Position numbers and translations under genes: made by a program. 64,000 nt of DNA, taken from Octopus sinensis. Its lineage: Eukaryota. This document shows positions 1 to 13,294 of this stretch, piece by piece. The first letter of the stretch is position 1; each line of letters opens with the position of its first letter. Location of the stretch: positions 107,384,001 through 107,448,000 of the forward strand of contig NC_043001.1 in NCBI RefSeq assembly GCF_006345805.1. Direction: 5' to 3'. A model generated the notes under the pieces. The model was not told the origin of the DNA. It ran no database searches and was given only the letters and a program-made list of their open reading frames with translations.

Positions 1-147
1 AGCCGACAACTGATGAAGGGTCGTTCTTTATGTTGCTTGTCTTGTTTTCCATTTGTTTCTTTCGTTGTTCGCAAAAGAAAAACAGGTTCGCATTCCATGT
101 TTACGTATTTCGTATTTCCTGTTGTTTACGTTCTATGACAACCTCTA

Positions 148-187
<40 letters not shown>

Positions 188-1673
188 TGTGTGTGTGTTT
201 CTCCTCAATCATCGCTTGAAAAAAGGTGTTGGTGTGTTTATGTCCCCATAACTTAGCGGTTCGGCAATAGAGAACCGATAGAATAAGTACTAGGCTTACA
301 AAGAATAATACGTCCTGGAGTCAATTTGTTCGACTAGAGGCGGTGCTCCAGTATGGCCGCAGTCAAATGACTGAAACAAGTAAAAGAATAGTAGGCGGAC
401 CACGCCCATTAGAATCAAACTCTCCCTTCTCTCTATCCCCTCCTCTTCTTATCTCTGTTTAGTATGTGTGAGTGAGTGTGTGAGTATGGTGGGGGTGTGT
501 GTGCTTGAACGTCCTTGCTCTCAAAGGCAGGTAAAACTAGCCAATATATAAAGCCGTAGGATTTTGAATGCTTTTATTCATATTGTTCTCGAAAAGGCAT
601 GTGTGTGTGTGTGTGAGTGTGTGTGCGCGCGCTTTCATAGTGCGTCTAAGATTGCATGCGTGTGTGTGTGTGCATCTGCATGCATGTATGTATTTATGTC
701 TGTCTGTATGTATGTATATTGTTCTAGTTAAAAAGCTGTTGGATAATCATTTGGAATAATCATTTGGATTTGAGACGGATTATCTGCTATTGTGTAGATT
801 ATTGCAGTATTGCTTTCAATCTAATAAAGTATGTGTGTGTGTATGTGTGCATTTGTATGTCTGTGTTTGTTCACCCACCATCGTTTGACAACCGATGCTG
901 GTGTGCTTACGTCCCCGTAACTTAGCAGTTCTGCAAAAGAGAACCGATAGGATAGGTACCAGGCTTACAAAGAATAAGTCCTGGGGTCGATTTGTTCGAC
1001 TAGAGGCGATGCTCCAGCATGGCCGCAGTCAAAATGACTGAAACCAGTAAAGGAGTAATAAAGTAAAAAAGCGTATATATATATATATATATATAACATT
1101 TGATTTCAGCATTTGCAAAGCCTATTCGACCGTAAGAGAATGAAATGCTGGTTCAATAAGATCGCGTGGGATTTTAGGCAAGTGTTTCGCCATTTACAAC
1201 CTCCGGTTGATCCAAGCTTTGTCAGTCATATGGCTCGCCGAAAACTATTTAGAAACCTTAGAGATCGATCAAATGTGTCGTTCAAAAATCCGACCTTGTG
1301 TCAGTCTGTCATACTTGAGTCTATCCAGCAGATTACGTCAAAAATACAAAGGGTGTGCAGAAATACTTAACCACGCAGGTTTCAGATCGTTTGGTTGATT
1401 AACCAAATGAAAGCGACTGAGATTCATTTTCATTTATAGCTTTTTAATTTTCTGCCGCTGTCTCCTAGCTTTTTTTTTCCTTCACACTCACACACATACA
1501 CACACGCACACATGCATTCATATATATATACATACATAATTTTAATTTTTAATCGGCAGCAGTTAAAGTGTGGCTCAAAAGCCTAGAGCTTCGTTTGTTG
1601 GCATTTATTGATAAGTGCCAATGCACGGAAATCTCGAACCGTGTGACACTGTAATTTCTGCCGAATAATAATG

Positions 1674-1776
<103 letters not shown>

Positions 1777-3784
1777 AAGAAGAAGAAGAAAAGAAGAATA
1801 GTAATAATAATAATGATGATGATCATAATAATAATAATTTTAATTATTATTATTATATAGACATACTACAAACTACATACATGTACATGCATGCATATAT
1901 ACGTATATGTTTGTGTGTGTGTGTATGTCTGTATGAAGTGGTACAATTTACTTTCAGTTCGTAGTTTTTCTATTTCTCTTGAGGTCAAATACTCTTGAGG
2001 AAAGCCGAAGCCGTATAACATTTATATTAACCATCGAAATATACCATTATTTAGGGAAGTCGAAAGCATTTAATTTCCTCATTTAACTGCACTTGCAATC
2101 AATGATAAGCCGACATTTCAACATGTTCATTGTGATCCGAAATACTGAATGTAACAGAGCTGAATATTCTTGCATCAAACGTAATTTTAAAATTATTATG
2201 CGTACGAATCTAATTTAATAGTATTATCACTTCCATGTCAGACAAGATTGAATGTATGTATTACAAGAGCGTAATTCTTACTCTAGGCAAAGTAGAGGCT
2301 ATTTGATATGAAGCTTTAGTGTCTGAGAATGTGATTATTGAATTACTGACTTTTAGTTCAATGAAAACGATTCTTGTTTTAAAATAAATGCCCAATTTTC
2401 AGTGTGACTAAATCAGACTAGCGCGCCCCCCACACCCACCCACCCACAAGACTAGGATTCAATGATTCAATGTAAATTGTTAATCTATGAGCGAGTATCT
2501 AAATATAGGGAGACAAACCCGCAAGTATATTTTCTCGTTGAGAAATTTCGTCCACGAATATCTTTGAGTCATTATCAATAAGTTTCCTCTGAGAAGTAAT
2601 GTCCACCGATGAGTCACAACTTTTGAGCGAAGGACTCAGAGTCACACGCTGTACCTCACTTCCCTTATGACTCAATAAATGTATAAACCTATCACAGTAG
2701 TGTCCCTTTTTCTTTTTACAATATATTCTATAAATTTACTCAAAAGCACAAACACATGTTTCCGGTACAACCATTTTTTCCTATCCTTCACCGGGTTATT
2801 GATAAGTTTGAAAATTTCATCACATTCAACAATATATTTTCTAATTCTCCCGGGTGCCTCTGTCGCCGGGTCGGGTGGTTCGACTCTCCGTATCAGCCTT
2901 AGCTTTATGTTAACCCCCATCGTATCAAAATTGTTCTAACCATGAACTTCTCAGTTCATTTTCTATTTCACATTATCTGACATGACTTTTGTTAAGAAGA
3001 AAAAGTGGGGCATTGATATAAATTTGGCGGTAATTTCTAACTGACACAGTTACTAAGTGGTAGGCGCCTTTTCATTGACTAAAGAGATAAACAGTTTAAA
3101 CAACAGGTGGTATGGTTCTCTTAAGATAATCTTGTTTGTCAACCCACTCTGCTTTACTCATTGTTTTGCTCAACTGCTGAAACTGCAAAATATTACTGAC
3201 AACCCAGAGATAAAATAGTGAAAACAAACAAGGAAAGACACTACGAGCTTCTCAGTAATGGCGGGTATTTGGTAGTCACTCATTGTCACCGTTATCACCG
3301 CAACCACCACTATCACCACCGCCGCCGCCATCAACACACCATTATCTCTATTACTGTCACTATCACGTTGCTACAGCCTTCACCACAACTGCAGCCACAG
3401 CCCTCACCACAACAACCGTCACCTACTTCTACGACTACTACTACTGAGCGCTCGTCTCGGTCGATTGATTTGCTAGAAATAGCAGTCACAATTTCCTTAA
3501 TCCACAATGTTTATATCCGAAAGATAAATCAGAAAAGGGGTTGGATTCCATAGTTTTTTGAAATATGAAAAATGTGCTGATGGTCATGGTTGCAACGCCT
3601 TTGATCATAGTCCTGTTTCAACGCATCCCAATCAATCAACGACACTTCTTGTTCGTGGCATTATCATTATTGATACTGTTACCAGTAATAGCAATAATAA
3701 CTAACTGCTAAAAACTAACAAGAAGGCCTCTCAATACGATCACTGAACAACCAAATCTTTCTCAAATCGAACTCTGTTTTAGAA

Positions 3785-3903
<119 letters not shown>

Positions 3904-4637
3904 CTGCGTCTGTCCCACCACAATAGCTTGACAACCGATGTTGGCGTGTTTATATCCACGCAACTTAGCTGTTCGGCAAAATATACAAATAGAATAAATA
4001 CTAGACTTACAAAGATTAAGTCTCGGGATCGATATCTTCGGCTAACAGGACAGTAATATAATATAATATAATATAATATAATACAATATAATACAATATA
4101 ATATAATATAGTATTATATTAAATATATATATATATTTATATATATATATATATAGGTAAATGTAAAAAAACACAAACTGGGACAAGAACGCAAAACATT
4201 TATATAAATATATATATATATATATATATGTCTATATGTAGGTGTGTACGTGTGTGTCTTGCTCTTACACCTATAACTATGACAAATATAACATTAAAAG
4301 TTCCACTGGTGTATTACAAAATTCCAATTCTATTCACCATTCTAATTCTATTCAGCCACAGTTTATTCAATGTTTGTAACGGATGTGAAAAGTTTTAAAG
4401 GAGTGTTGAACATAATAATTCTAACACATCCGCTTTGCTTTGTGACCTGTTTGTGTTATTTTAAAGGAAATACATTTTAATGGGAAAATTATGCTATGAA
4501 ATTCTCTTATATTATCTTTCAAAAAATAATTTTTGTTATACTTCAGAAATCTCCTCTACTCCACCCCTATGATTTTATGTTAGTATATATTTCAATGGCT
4601 GAATATATATACATACATACATATATACATACATACA

Positions 4638-4700
<63 letters not shown>

Positions 4701-4789
4701 TATATATATAGGGAAAAAACAAAAGACGAAGACAGGTGGTGTATAAAACAAACAGATGTACTAGTATAACGCTCAGGAATTGAAAAAGT

Positions 4790-4825
4790 CTTTTACGTTT
4801 CGAGACTACGCTCTTCAACAGAAAG
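4790..4825 (-). ncRNA. Family H4 copy
   Basis: Reverse complement reads CUUU-CUGUUGA-A-GAGC-GUAG-UCUC-GAAA-CG-UA-AAAG, inside the same repeat (about 4710-4830) as at 59115-59345. Confidence 0.45.
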
Positions 4826-4849
4826 GGACACACACACACACACACACAC

Positions 4850-4884
<35 letters not shown>

Positions 4885-5028
4885 TCAGGATTAAATAAAA
4901 AGAAGGCAACTAACGGAAAATATAACCAAAGACTCATGAGTGGATTTGATCAGTTATCGACCAGATTCTGTGTCCGATCAGTATTTGCGAGGGGAGGTCA
5001 TAGCTCACTTCCCTAGCCTTACGTTATA

Positions 5029-5073
5029 CATACGGAGTCGAGTTTCTGAGTGGTTACCCGTCCTCAACGTGTC
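5029..5073 (-). ncRNA. Diverged hammerhead family H2 copy
   Basis: Reverse complement reads GACACG-UUGAGGA-C-GGGU-AACC-ACUC-A-GAAA-CUCGAC-UC-CGUAUG. Same layout, C3U; stem III is one change from the palindrome ACUCGAGU. Confidence 0.55.
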
Positions 5074-7579
5074 TTAATTACCAGGGATGGGAGCGATGAC
5101 CTCCCCTCATAAATACTAATCGGACTCAGAATATGTGTCATTAGCCAGCTGGAGGAGATGCCTTCCTGGAGTTATAAACATCAGTAGCACTGTCCCGTAT
5201 AGGACGCCAGACTTGTTTGGCAATTATATGTTACGATTCCGTATTGCTACTGTTTATACCTCGCTCAGAGATTTAATATAGCTTATACACACACACACGC
5301 ACACACACACATATATATATATAAATATATATAAATATTATTTGCATAAATAAAGATTATTTGGATATTCTCCGCATGCGTATACATGTCTACATGTGTG
5401 TAATTACATCTGACAGCAGACACAGTAATATATTTTTATCCTTTAGCGCACTGTTTAAACCTGGCTAATATATGCACACAACAGTAAACAAAATGGCGAG
5501 GAGATTTGGATCGAGTGTTTAGAGTCTCTTGTGTCGGCTGCTTGTTTCGTGCATGTCTATATACGCGTAGATATATATATATATATATATATATAAGTTC
5601 AGCAAAATTTAGATTCAGATGAATATGGTATTAAGTTAAAGGCACCAGAATTTTGTATGGTATTATCCATATAAATCAAATGGGGTGATTATAATCAAAA
5701 TAAGCAACAAGGATGTCCAAAGTAGTGTAGTACAATTGTTTCATGCTACTTCATTTTATTAAACACTGTAAGTATTACATCAGTTTTAAAATGTCGAGCA
5801 ATCGATATATATATATATATATGTGTATGTGTGTGTGTGTGTGTGTGTGTGATTGTATTTCTTTGAATGTATAGATAGTACTTTTGGCAATCACCTTCTA
5901 GTATATATTTTAGCTATTGTACTTCTAGGACTGTAAATTTTGACATTTTTTAAAACCAGTTGTGTGAGATTCATGTTATTCGGTTGCAATTTCTAGCAGA
6001 TCAAATGATCCCCACAAAGGCTCTCATGTTAGCTTTGTATTAACTTTATCAACAAACCTATCATGAAACTAATTAAGCTGAGTGATGTCATTGGTGGAGC
6101 AGGAACTAAATATTGATCACAGAATAAATCAACCATGTAGGACAGTTACACTGTTGTATTGCACGTTCGACGTACGATATAACGGGATAACGATAACGTC
6201 CTCACATATCGTTCTACTCAAGATACGGATAATAACCCTCGAAAATACGCAACTCACGGTTTACTCTGTTCTCAAGGCTGTCTGTGTATGTCCATTTATA
6301 TTGTGGCACAGAGGCGGCGAACTGGCAGAAACGTTAGCGCGCTGGGCGAAATGCTTAGCGGCATTTCGTCTGCCGTTACGTTCTGAGTTCAAATTCCGCC
6401 CAGGTCGACTTTGCCTTTCATCCTTTCGGGGTCGATAAATAAAGTACCAGTTTCGTACTGGGGTCGATGTAATCGACTTAATCCGTTTGTCTGTCTTTGT
6501 TTAGCCCCTTTGTGGGTAGTAAAGAAATATATATTGTAGCATAGTCCATTAGGGGCCAGCCAAAAGGGGTGTTCTACTTCCACACAACATATACAATGGT
6601 TGAGAACAAAAATGAAGTGTTTAAAGAATAATAATGATTCAGAGTCGCCTAACATAATGTAAATTATCATAGGAGCGCTAAAACTTAACTAAAACTATTC
6701 ATTCATTGAGGAAAAAAATATTATGTTACTAATAGCCTTTTAATTTGTTCGTTAAGAAAGTCACCTTCAGACATGTTCTGTTTTTTTCTCTTTTTCTTTA
6801 TGTCCTTTTGAGCAAAGCATAAGGACACACTACACTTGACTAGAGAATCAGTCGTAAGGAATACGTGCATTACTACGAACTGACTGTAACCGTAAAATAG
6901 AATACTTCAGAGAAGTCTGCATGGAAAATTAATGTAAATGAAAATTAATGTAAATAATCCAAGGAGCCTTTATGAATCTAACCCAAAAATAATCATACCA
7001 TACAGTAAAAAAATAAAAACAAAAAAATAAATAAATAAAAAAGCAAATTAGTTTGGCAAGTACGGGAGACAACTCCTGATATGTTTCAATCTTCTTATAA
7101 TCTCTACAGCGAAGCCATGGGCTTTAACATGACGATGTAGTTGTGGAGGAATCGTTCGTAACGATTTGTAGTCAACGTTTTAATGTTTAAATTAAACAAT
7201 TAAGGTTTCATGATAACATTAAAAATATTTACATTGAACCAACTACAGTAATTCCTGCCGATGGCGCCTCTAATTTATGTCGGACATATATTTCATGATT
7301 GTTAGTGGCTTGGACTCGTTATTTTCTATAGACGCTGCGAGTGATTGTGGTGTTGGTCTTAAAATAGTTAGGATTAGGAGCAATAATGGAAAAGTCCATC
7401 GTGACAACGGTGGCAACGAGAGCAATAACTATGGTTACTGTAGCGACACAAGTTCTGATGGTTCAGGCGAAGGCGGTAGTGGTCGTATAAATAATGTCGT
7501 CATGTTAACTCTAAGTGGCTCACAGAGCATTCAGCAGGGCAGGTCGGTCGATGTTAATCATAGTAACAGTAGCCATCAT

Positions 7580-7615
<36 letters not shown>

Positions 7616-7620
7616 ATAAT

Positions 7621-7651
<31 letters not shown>

Positions 7652-7847
7652 TAATAATAATAATAGTAGTAGTAGTAGTAGCAGTAGTAGTCGTACAGAC
7701 AGCAGCAGCGGTATTACCGGTGGTGGTGGTAGTAGTAGCAGGTGGTCGTGATGATGGTGGTAGTTTTCACAATAAGCATGTATGTGGCTCTGTTCCTTTA
7801 GATCTGATCGATTGTATTTTTTTTCTATTTCAACAGAACAATTAAAA

Positions 7848-7917
7848 ATGAAGGCCGTAATACTATGCCTGGCTATTATGCTCTCTTACGCTCTACTGGC
7901 AGTAGCAAACAACGACA
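7848..7917 (+). CDS. Coding exon 1 of a small secreted/GPI-anchored mucin-like protein: signal peptide MKAVILCLAIMLSYALLAVA-NND
   Basis: Acceptor ttttttttctatttcaacAG ends at 7836, followed by an 11-nt UTR and ATG at 7848 in A-rich context (aaaaATG). Encodes K plus a hydrophobic core and an A-V-A cleavage motif. Ends with donor A|GTAAGT at 7918 (phase 1). Confidence 0.88.
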
Positions 7918-7987
7918 GTAAGTAGTTTCTCTCTTAATAAAGAAATAAGTAAGTAGTTTCTCTCCACATTACATACATACGTACATA

Positions 7988-8023
<36 letters not shown>

Positions 8024-8242
8024 TTCTTTTATTCTTTAATTCTTTTACTTGTTTCAGTTGAGTGATGCCATGCTGGAGCACCGTCTCGAAGGATTCTCAG
8101 CCGAATGGATCGAACCCATTATTTTTTTGTAAATCCTAGTACATATTCTATCGGTCCATTTTGCCGAACTGCTATGTTACGGGGACGTAAACACACCAAC
8201 ACCGGTTGTCAAGCAGTGATGTGAGGATAAACAGACACAAAG

Positions 8243-8282
<40 letters not shown>

Positions 8283-9294
8283 GACGGGGGTTCTTTCAGC
8301 TTCTGTCTACCAAAACCCTTCACAAAGCTATAGTAGAAGACACTTGCCCAAGGTGCCACACAGTGGGACTGAACCAAGAACCATGTGGTTGGGAAGCAAG
8401 CTTCTTACTACACAGCCACTCCTATACATACATACATACATACATACATACATACATACATACATACATACATACATGCATACATGCATACATACTACGT
8501 CTGTCCACCAAATCCACTCACAAGATTTTGATCGGCCTGGGGCTATAATATAAGACACTTGAACGAGATACCACACATCTTGTTTGGGGGTAGACATCAG
8601 AGATAAGTGAAATGAAATCGATATTCTCTATGCATGATGGGAAATAATTGTGAACAGGCCGCTGATTGAAGTTGAAAGAATGGGAAAAAGTGAAACAGGA
8701 TTCAGGAAGAGGGTTTCAGGGCCATGCGAACCGGATCATGAAGCATCAGATTTCGTTGCAGAATTTGTGCAATGCACAGGTATCTGTAGGATAACAAGGA
8801 AGTTTCTCAAAGAAGGAAAACAAAAATTGCTTTGTATTTATATCATATATAATCGTAGAAAATCACAGATGTCGGGATGAAACATCATACTATCTTCTTT
8901 AGGGTCAAAATTCAAACTATATGCTGAAGTTTCCTTGTGTTTCTTCTTCATCCTTGGAAATCTCTTGGAAGTGTTTTCTTTTTTGCGATATATGGATGAT
9001 GCAAAATTCTAGCATAACTTTAGACCATGACAGAACATCAAAACCTCCAAGTATATAATGCTATTACTCCCTACAGTAAGCATACTACCATAACAGTATA
9101 CAACGTTATCGTTATTTAGAACTGTGCTGTTCTGTAATGACGTTTATTTACAGTCATGTGTACTACATTCTGTTGATTAAATGGACAGGTTGTAGTAGCA
9201 TTGACAAATAATGAACAATCGATTCCTCAGTAGATTGTCAGTTTTATCCATTTTCCAAGTTTCGATATACAACCGCATTAAAGTTATTATTTAT

Positions 9295-10230
9295 ATTATG
9301 ATGGAACGGGAAGTCATGTTGCAATTTTAGATGCGACTGAAACAATTGCTTCTTCGCTCCTACTTGGTATATTTAATCAAGATAATATTTCCAATCATTA
9401 TTGATCACATGATACCTTATATCTGGCTAATTGTTGATCACTCGACCATAAAATTCTTCAGGTTTCGAAACTAATAAAAGCCTCGGTATCACTCTTGAGC
9501 TCTTTACGAGTAATAAACACTTTTCCTTCTAAATAATGTTGCAATGATCTGGAAATATGGTTATCACACGAAGTTAGATCAGGAGAATAAGGAAGATGAA
9601 GCAAGGATGGCATATTTAGTGTAATAATAGTCTTTTCCCAAGTGACTTGGACAATAAGTGGTCTGCATTATGATTTACCAATGGCGGCCCTTTTCCTGTA
9701 AGTTTTTGAGCAATGTATCAAATGATAATATTATAGCTCGGCAATAACAGTTTCGTCTTGATTGAACACTTCATGATAGGCAATACCTTCATTTCTCACT
9801 AAACTCAGAGCGTAACATTTTCGGGTGCAATCTTGGCTTGGGATGGATTACCTCTTTTCGTTGGGTATTTCTTTACTACCCACAAGGAGCTAAACACAGG
9901 AGAAACAAGGACAGATAAACAGATTGTTCTTGTTGGATATGGTTATAGAGAAGGCCCTTTTCATCACTTGTGATTATTCAAGACAACGATGCAAAGCAGA
10001 GGTCAACTCTCTAATTAAGCTGAGAAGCAGCCAGCGGATGAAGAGCCCACTAGCCAAGTTTAGACACTTTTCCTACTGTTTTTTTTTTACCTAAGTGTGG
10101 CTTGAATTGTTTCTAATTCTCGTGAAGTTTGCTTTGAATTTTCTTCAACTGTGGTTTTCAGAATGTCAGTATTGACAGAACTTGTTTGTCCAAATTGAGG
10201 GAACTGTGCGGCAGAAAATCTAGTCAAATC
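9295..10230 (-). mobile_element. Degenerate mariner (DD34D-type) transposase remnant in the first coding intron of the 74-aa gene
   Basis: Minus-strand frames give GQTSSVNTDILKTTVEENSKQTSRELE, GKVSKLG*WALHPL (WVPHEL-like), ITSDEKGLLYN and LHLPYSPDLTSCDNHISRSLQHYLEGK (YSPDL); multiple stops/frameshifts; SINE fragment inserted at about 9860-9925. Confidence 0.85.
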
Positions 10231-11049
10231 CCCGTTGGCATATCCGGACACTTAAAGGTTGATTTCTATAGACAAATGAATATTCTTTGCCGTTTCTATT
10301 GCTAAAAAGACCATTTTGAATGCATGCAGCATGCGATGCCTGATATGGGCCTGATTTAAACCCGCTTCAAAAGGATAAAATCGATACAAACTTAACTACT
10401 ATAGTATAAAGTAATCTGTAAAGAAAGAGAAAAGCATTGAAATATAACACTTAATGCTAGTTTTACCGTAAAAAGTACCGTCAAAGGGATCATGTCAAAA
10501 ATGTGACAAGCCTTTCTTTCCAACTTAATACATATTTTTAACGGTGGTATTGGATAATGTTAATTAATTGTGGTAGGCATACTTTAAAGAAAAAACGGAG
10601 AAGGAATGGCTTCAGTCTAGATCCAAAGTTGAACTGACTACATAAGGAAACGCATTTCCCGACTATGTTGTTTTTGTTACCGTTGGATAGCCCAGTGTAA
10701 AGCTGACTGAATAGGCATATCATCAAAGGTATTTCAGCTATAACAGTCACATATTTCTAGGGTTATGCAGATCAACATTATCCGATGTATCCTTCTCATA
10801 ATTGTGGTGGGTATATCATTTGATGAACATTTGTCTGCTGTTTCGTTAGAAGTCAGTCAACAAATCTCCGGCTCAATCATTAGCCCGATTAAAGTAAATA
10901 TGCATACAGCAATATATCAAATTGTTTCTGTTTAAAAAAAGTCGTGATATTTGTAAAATAAAATTCATTGCCAAATATTGTAATATTCAAAAATAAATGA
11001 TATATTTTTAAAAATGCTAACATTGGGTCTCACTTCTATACTTTTCCAG

Positions 11050-11144
11050 CTACAGCCGACACGACAATATCTCCGAATGTTACAGAAGCAGAAGCGGCGA
11101 ACGTAACCACATCAAAGCCAGAAACCACCACTTCAGGATATTCG
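11050..11144 (+). CDS. Coding exon 2: (T)TADTTISPNVTEAEAANVTTSKPETTTSGYS, S/T-rich ectodomain
   Basis: Acceptor ttctatacttttccAG ends at 11049; donor G|GTATGT at 11145. The 95-nt exon accepts phase 1 from exon 1 and ends in phase 0, open only as a Thr-rich peptide with two NVT sequons. Confidence 0.88.
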
Positions 11145-11359
11145 GTATGTTTGTATTATATAAAAAGTCGAAGGAGAAATAGAATTCCCTTTATTTTTGT
11201 TTCTATAATTTGTTCCCCAGAAAGGTGGAGAGCTAGCAGAGTGGTTAACATGCCGGACACAATTCTTAGCGGCATTTCGTCCGTCTTTTCATTGTGAGTC
11301 TGTTATGTCCTTATGGATAAGCGAATGCACTGCAACAGTGTAATAACAATATAATCGAG

Positions 11360-11945
11360 GGCGGCGAGCTGGCAGAATCGTTAGCACGCCGGGTGGAATG
11401 CTTAGCCGTATTTCGTCTGTCGTTACGTTCTGAGTTCAAATTCTGCCGAGGTCGACTTTGCCTTTCATCCTTTCGGGGTCGATTAAATACGTACCAGTTA
11501 AACACTGGGGTCGATATAATCGACTTAATCCGTCTGTATGTCCTTGTTTGTCTCCTCTGTGTTTAGCAACTTGTGGGTAATAAAGAAATAGGAATTTCGT
11601 TTGCCGCTACGTTCTGAGTTCAAATTCCACCGCGGTCGACTTTGCCTTTCATCCTTTCGGGTTCGATTAAACAAGTACCAGTTACGCACTGGGGTTGATT
11701 TAATCGACTTAATCCGTTTGTCTGTCCTTGTTTCTCCTCTCTGTGTTTAGCTCCTTGTGGGTAGTAAAGAAATAGAAATAGGTATTTCGTCTGTCTTTAT
11801 GTTCTTAGTTCAAATTCCGCCGAGGTCGACTTTGCCTTTCATCCTTTCGGGGTCGATAAATTAAGTACCAGTTGCCTATTGGGGTCGATCTAATCGACTG
11901 TCCTCCTCCCCCCAAATTTCGGACCTTGTGCCTGGAGCAGAAAAG
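11360..11945 (+). mobile_element. tRNA-derived SINE family A, tandem multimer (intronic)
   Basis: GGCGGCGAGCTGGCAGAA..GAGTTCAAATTC head plus repeated units of about 190 nt. Other copies at about 6313-6530, 16187-16410, 21930-22130, 25195-25400(-), 38590-39115(-), 40625-41205(-), 43465-43735(-), 45048-45380(-), 47964-48380, 53450-53625. Confidence 0.9.
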
Positions 11946-12103
11946 AATTTAGCCATTATTTAGCTATTATAGTGGCGCAAGTATGCAAATAGCTAATCTA
12001 CATAGTTTGATTATGTATAGAAAAATACTGAGTTATTTTTTCCTTTAATTGAATATTATATTATAGATAATTATATAATTGCTTATTTCTCTTTCTTTTG
12101 CAG

Positions 12104-12163
12104 ATTGTTTTACCTTCAGTTATGTTTGTCGGAGCAGCGAATATATTACAGCGATTTATCTGA
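12104..12163 (+). CDS. Coding exon 3: IVLPSVMFVGAANILQRFI-stop, GPI-signal-like hydrophobic tail
   Basis: Strong acceptor ttatttctctttcttttgcAG ends at 12103; phase 0 matches exon 2; TGA at 12161-12163; AT-rich 3' UTR with AATAAA at 12229-12234. Confidence 0.85.
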   Translation: MVLPSVMFVGAANILQRFI

Positions 12164-12228
12164 ATGATTATTTTCAATCAATAATATTTCCACATAATTT
12201 TTTATATATAAAGTTTTGAAATAACATA

Positions 12229-12234
12229 AATAAA
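12229..12234 (+). promoter_or_regulatory. Candidate polyadenylation signal of the 74-aa gene
   Basis: AATAAA 65 nt after the stop codon; further AATAAA near 12483-12492. Confidence 0.45.
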
Positions 12235-13132
12235 TCCTTCGATAATTGTTTGACTAATATAAATCCGTCTTCATATGTTCAATGGTTATACTACAATCGA
12301 TGCCGAAAAATAAACTAACGATGAATAATGAAATTGAATTTGCTTTCGGGTTTGGAGGAGCCGAATATAAAAGTGAAAAACAAACAAAACAAAGAACAAA
12401 AACAAAAAAGAAAAAACGGTATATGAATCCAGACCCAGAATGAAGTAAAACCATCAGAAAATAATATAAGTGTAATTTGTTTAAATAAATAAATATCATT
12501 CCGACATAAAATTAAAATATTTATTTATTTATTTCTCGTCGATGGAGCTTGAGAGCAATCTTTTTTTCTTTTTTTTACCATGTGACTTTGAGTCTACTGG
12601 TCAAGGTATAAGATGCTCAAATTGCCTCTTCTTTCTCAGCATTCACCACGTTGATATATGATCAAAGGTAATCTATCAGTAGCCACGATATCGTCTATTT
12701 TTTAAAAATTCTGACATGGATTAAGAAATAAAATTAAGTATAAAATTTGTATCCTTCCGTTTCTATTTTAAGGCGATAGGATGTTATCTGTGAGAGATTT
12801 GGTTGTTATTTTTAGCAAGTCGAAAGATCATTTAGAAGCTGTCCTCTTAAAATTGTAGTAAAAGCTGTCAAAGTAACCCCTTTACAGTGCACGGTTCTGC
12901 TAGAATAACAACCAAATCTCTCAGATGATACCGTACTGTCTTACAAAAGAGGATTGCAGGATAATACAATTTTGTATGCAGTATGTTTGAAAAAAATGGG
13001 AGGGATATGAAAAGAGAGGTGGCTATTGATTAAAGGCTTGCTTGATCCTAGATTTGTTCAATTTGGAATACTATGGTTCAGTGCAACGGTAGAAGTCAAG
13101 CAGCTTACTCCTCTTAGGAATAGCAAATTCCG

Positions 13133-13163
<31 letters not shown>

Positions 13164-13294
13164 CATACATACATGCATACATACATGCATACATACATAC
13201 ATACATACATACATACATACATGCATACATACATACATACATACATACATACATACATACATGATGGCTTCCCCCTCGTTATCGAATATGGCCA

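Noticed and set aside
10-60. CTGATGAAGGG at the window start, a possible hammerhead 5' half
   Set aside because: No complementary stem II partner followed by GAAA downstream; upstream context lies outside the window.
1113-1398. Overlapping plus-strand ORFs in unique sequence
   Set aside because: Non-ATG starts, no domain similarity and no consistent splice context.
2672-2920. Minus-strand 82-aa ORF (MGVNIKLRL...)
   Set aside because: No recognisable motif, in-frame stops just upstream and no supporting splice sites.
5490-5520. CAAAATGGCG (YY1-like) as the promoter/first exon of the small gene
   Set aside because: No adjacent splice donor or initiator; a single motif is not enough evidence.
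8640-9000. Unique-looking intronic stretch with partial open frames on both strands
   Set aside because: Stops in the minus-strand frames and no convincing motif; possibly an old TE but cannot be assigned.
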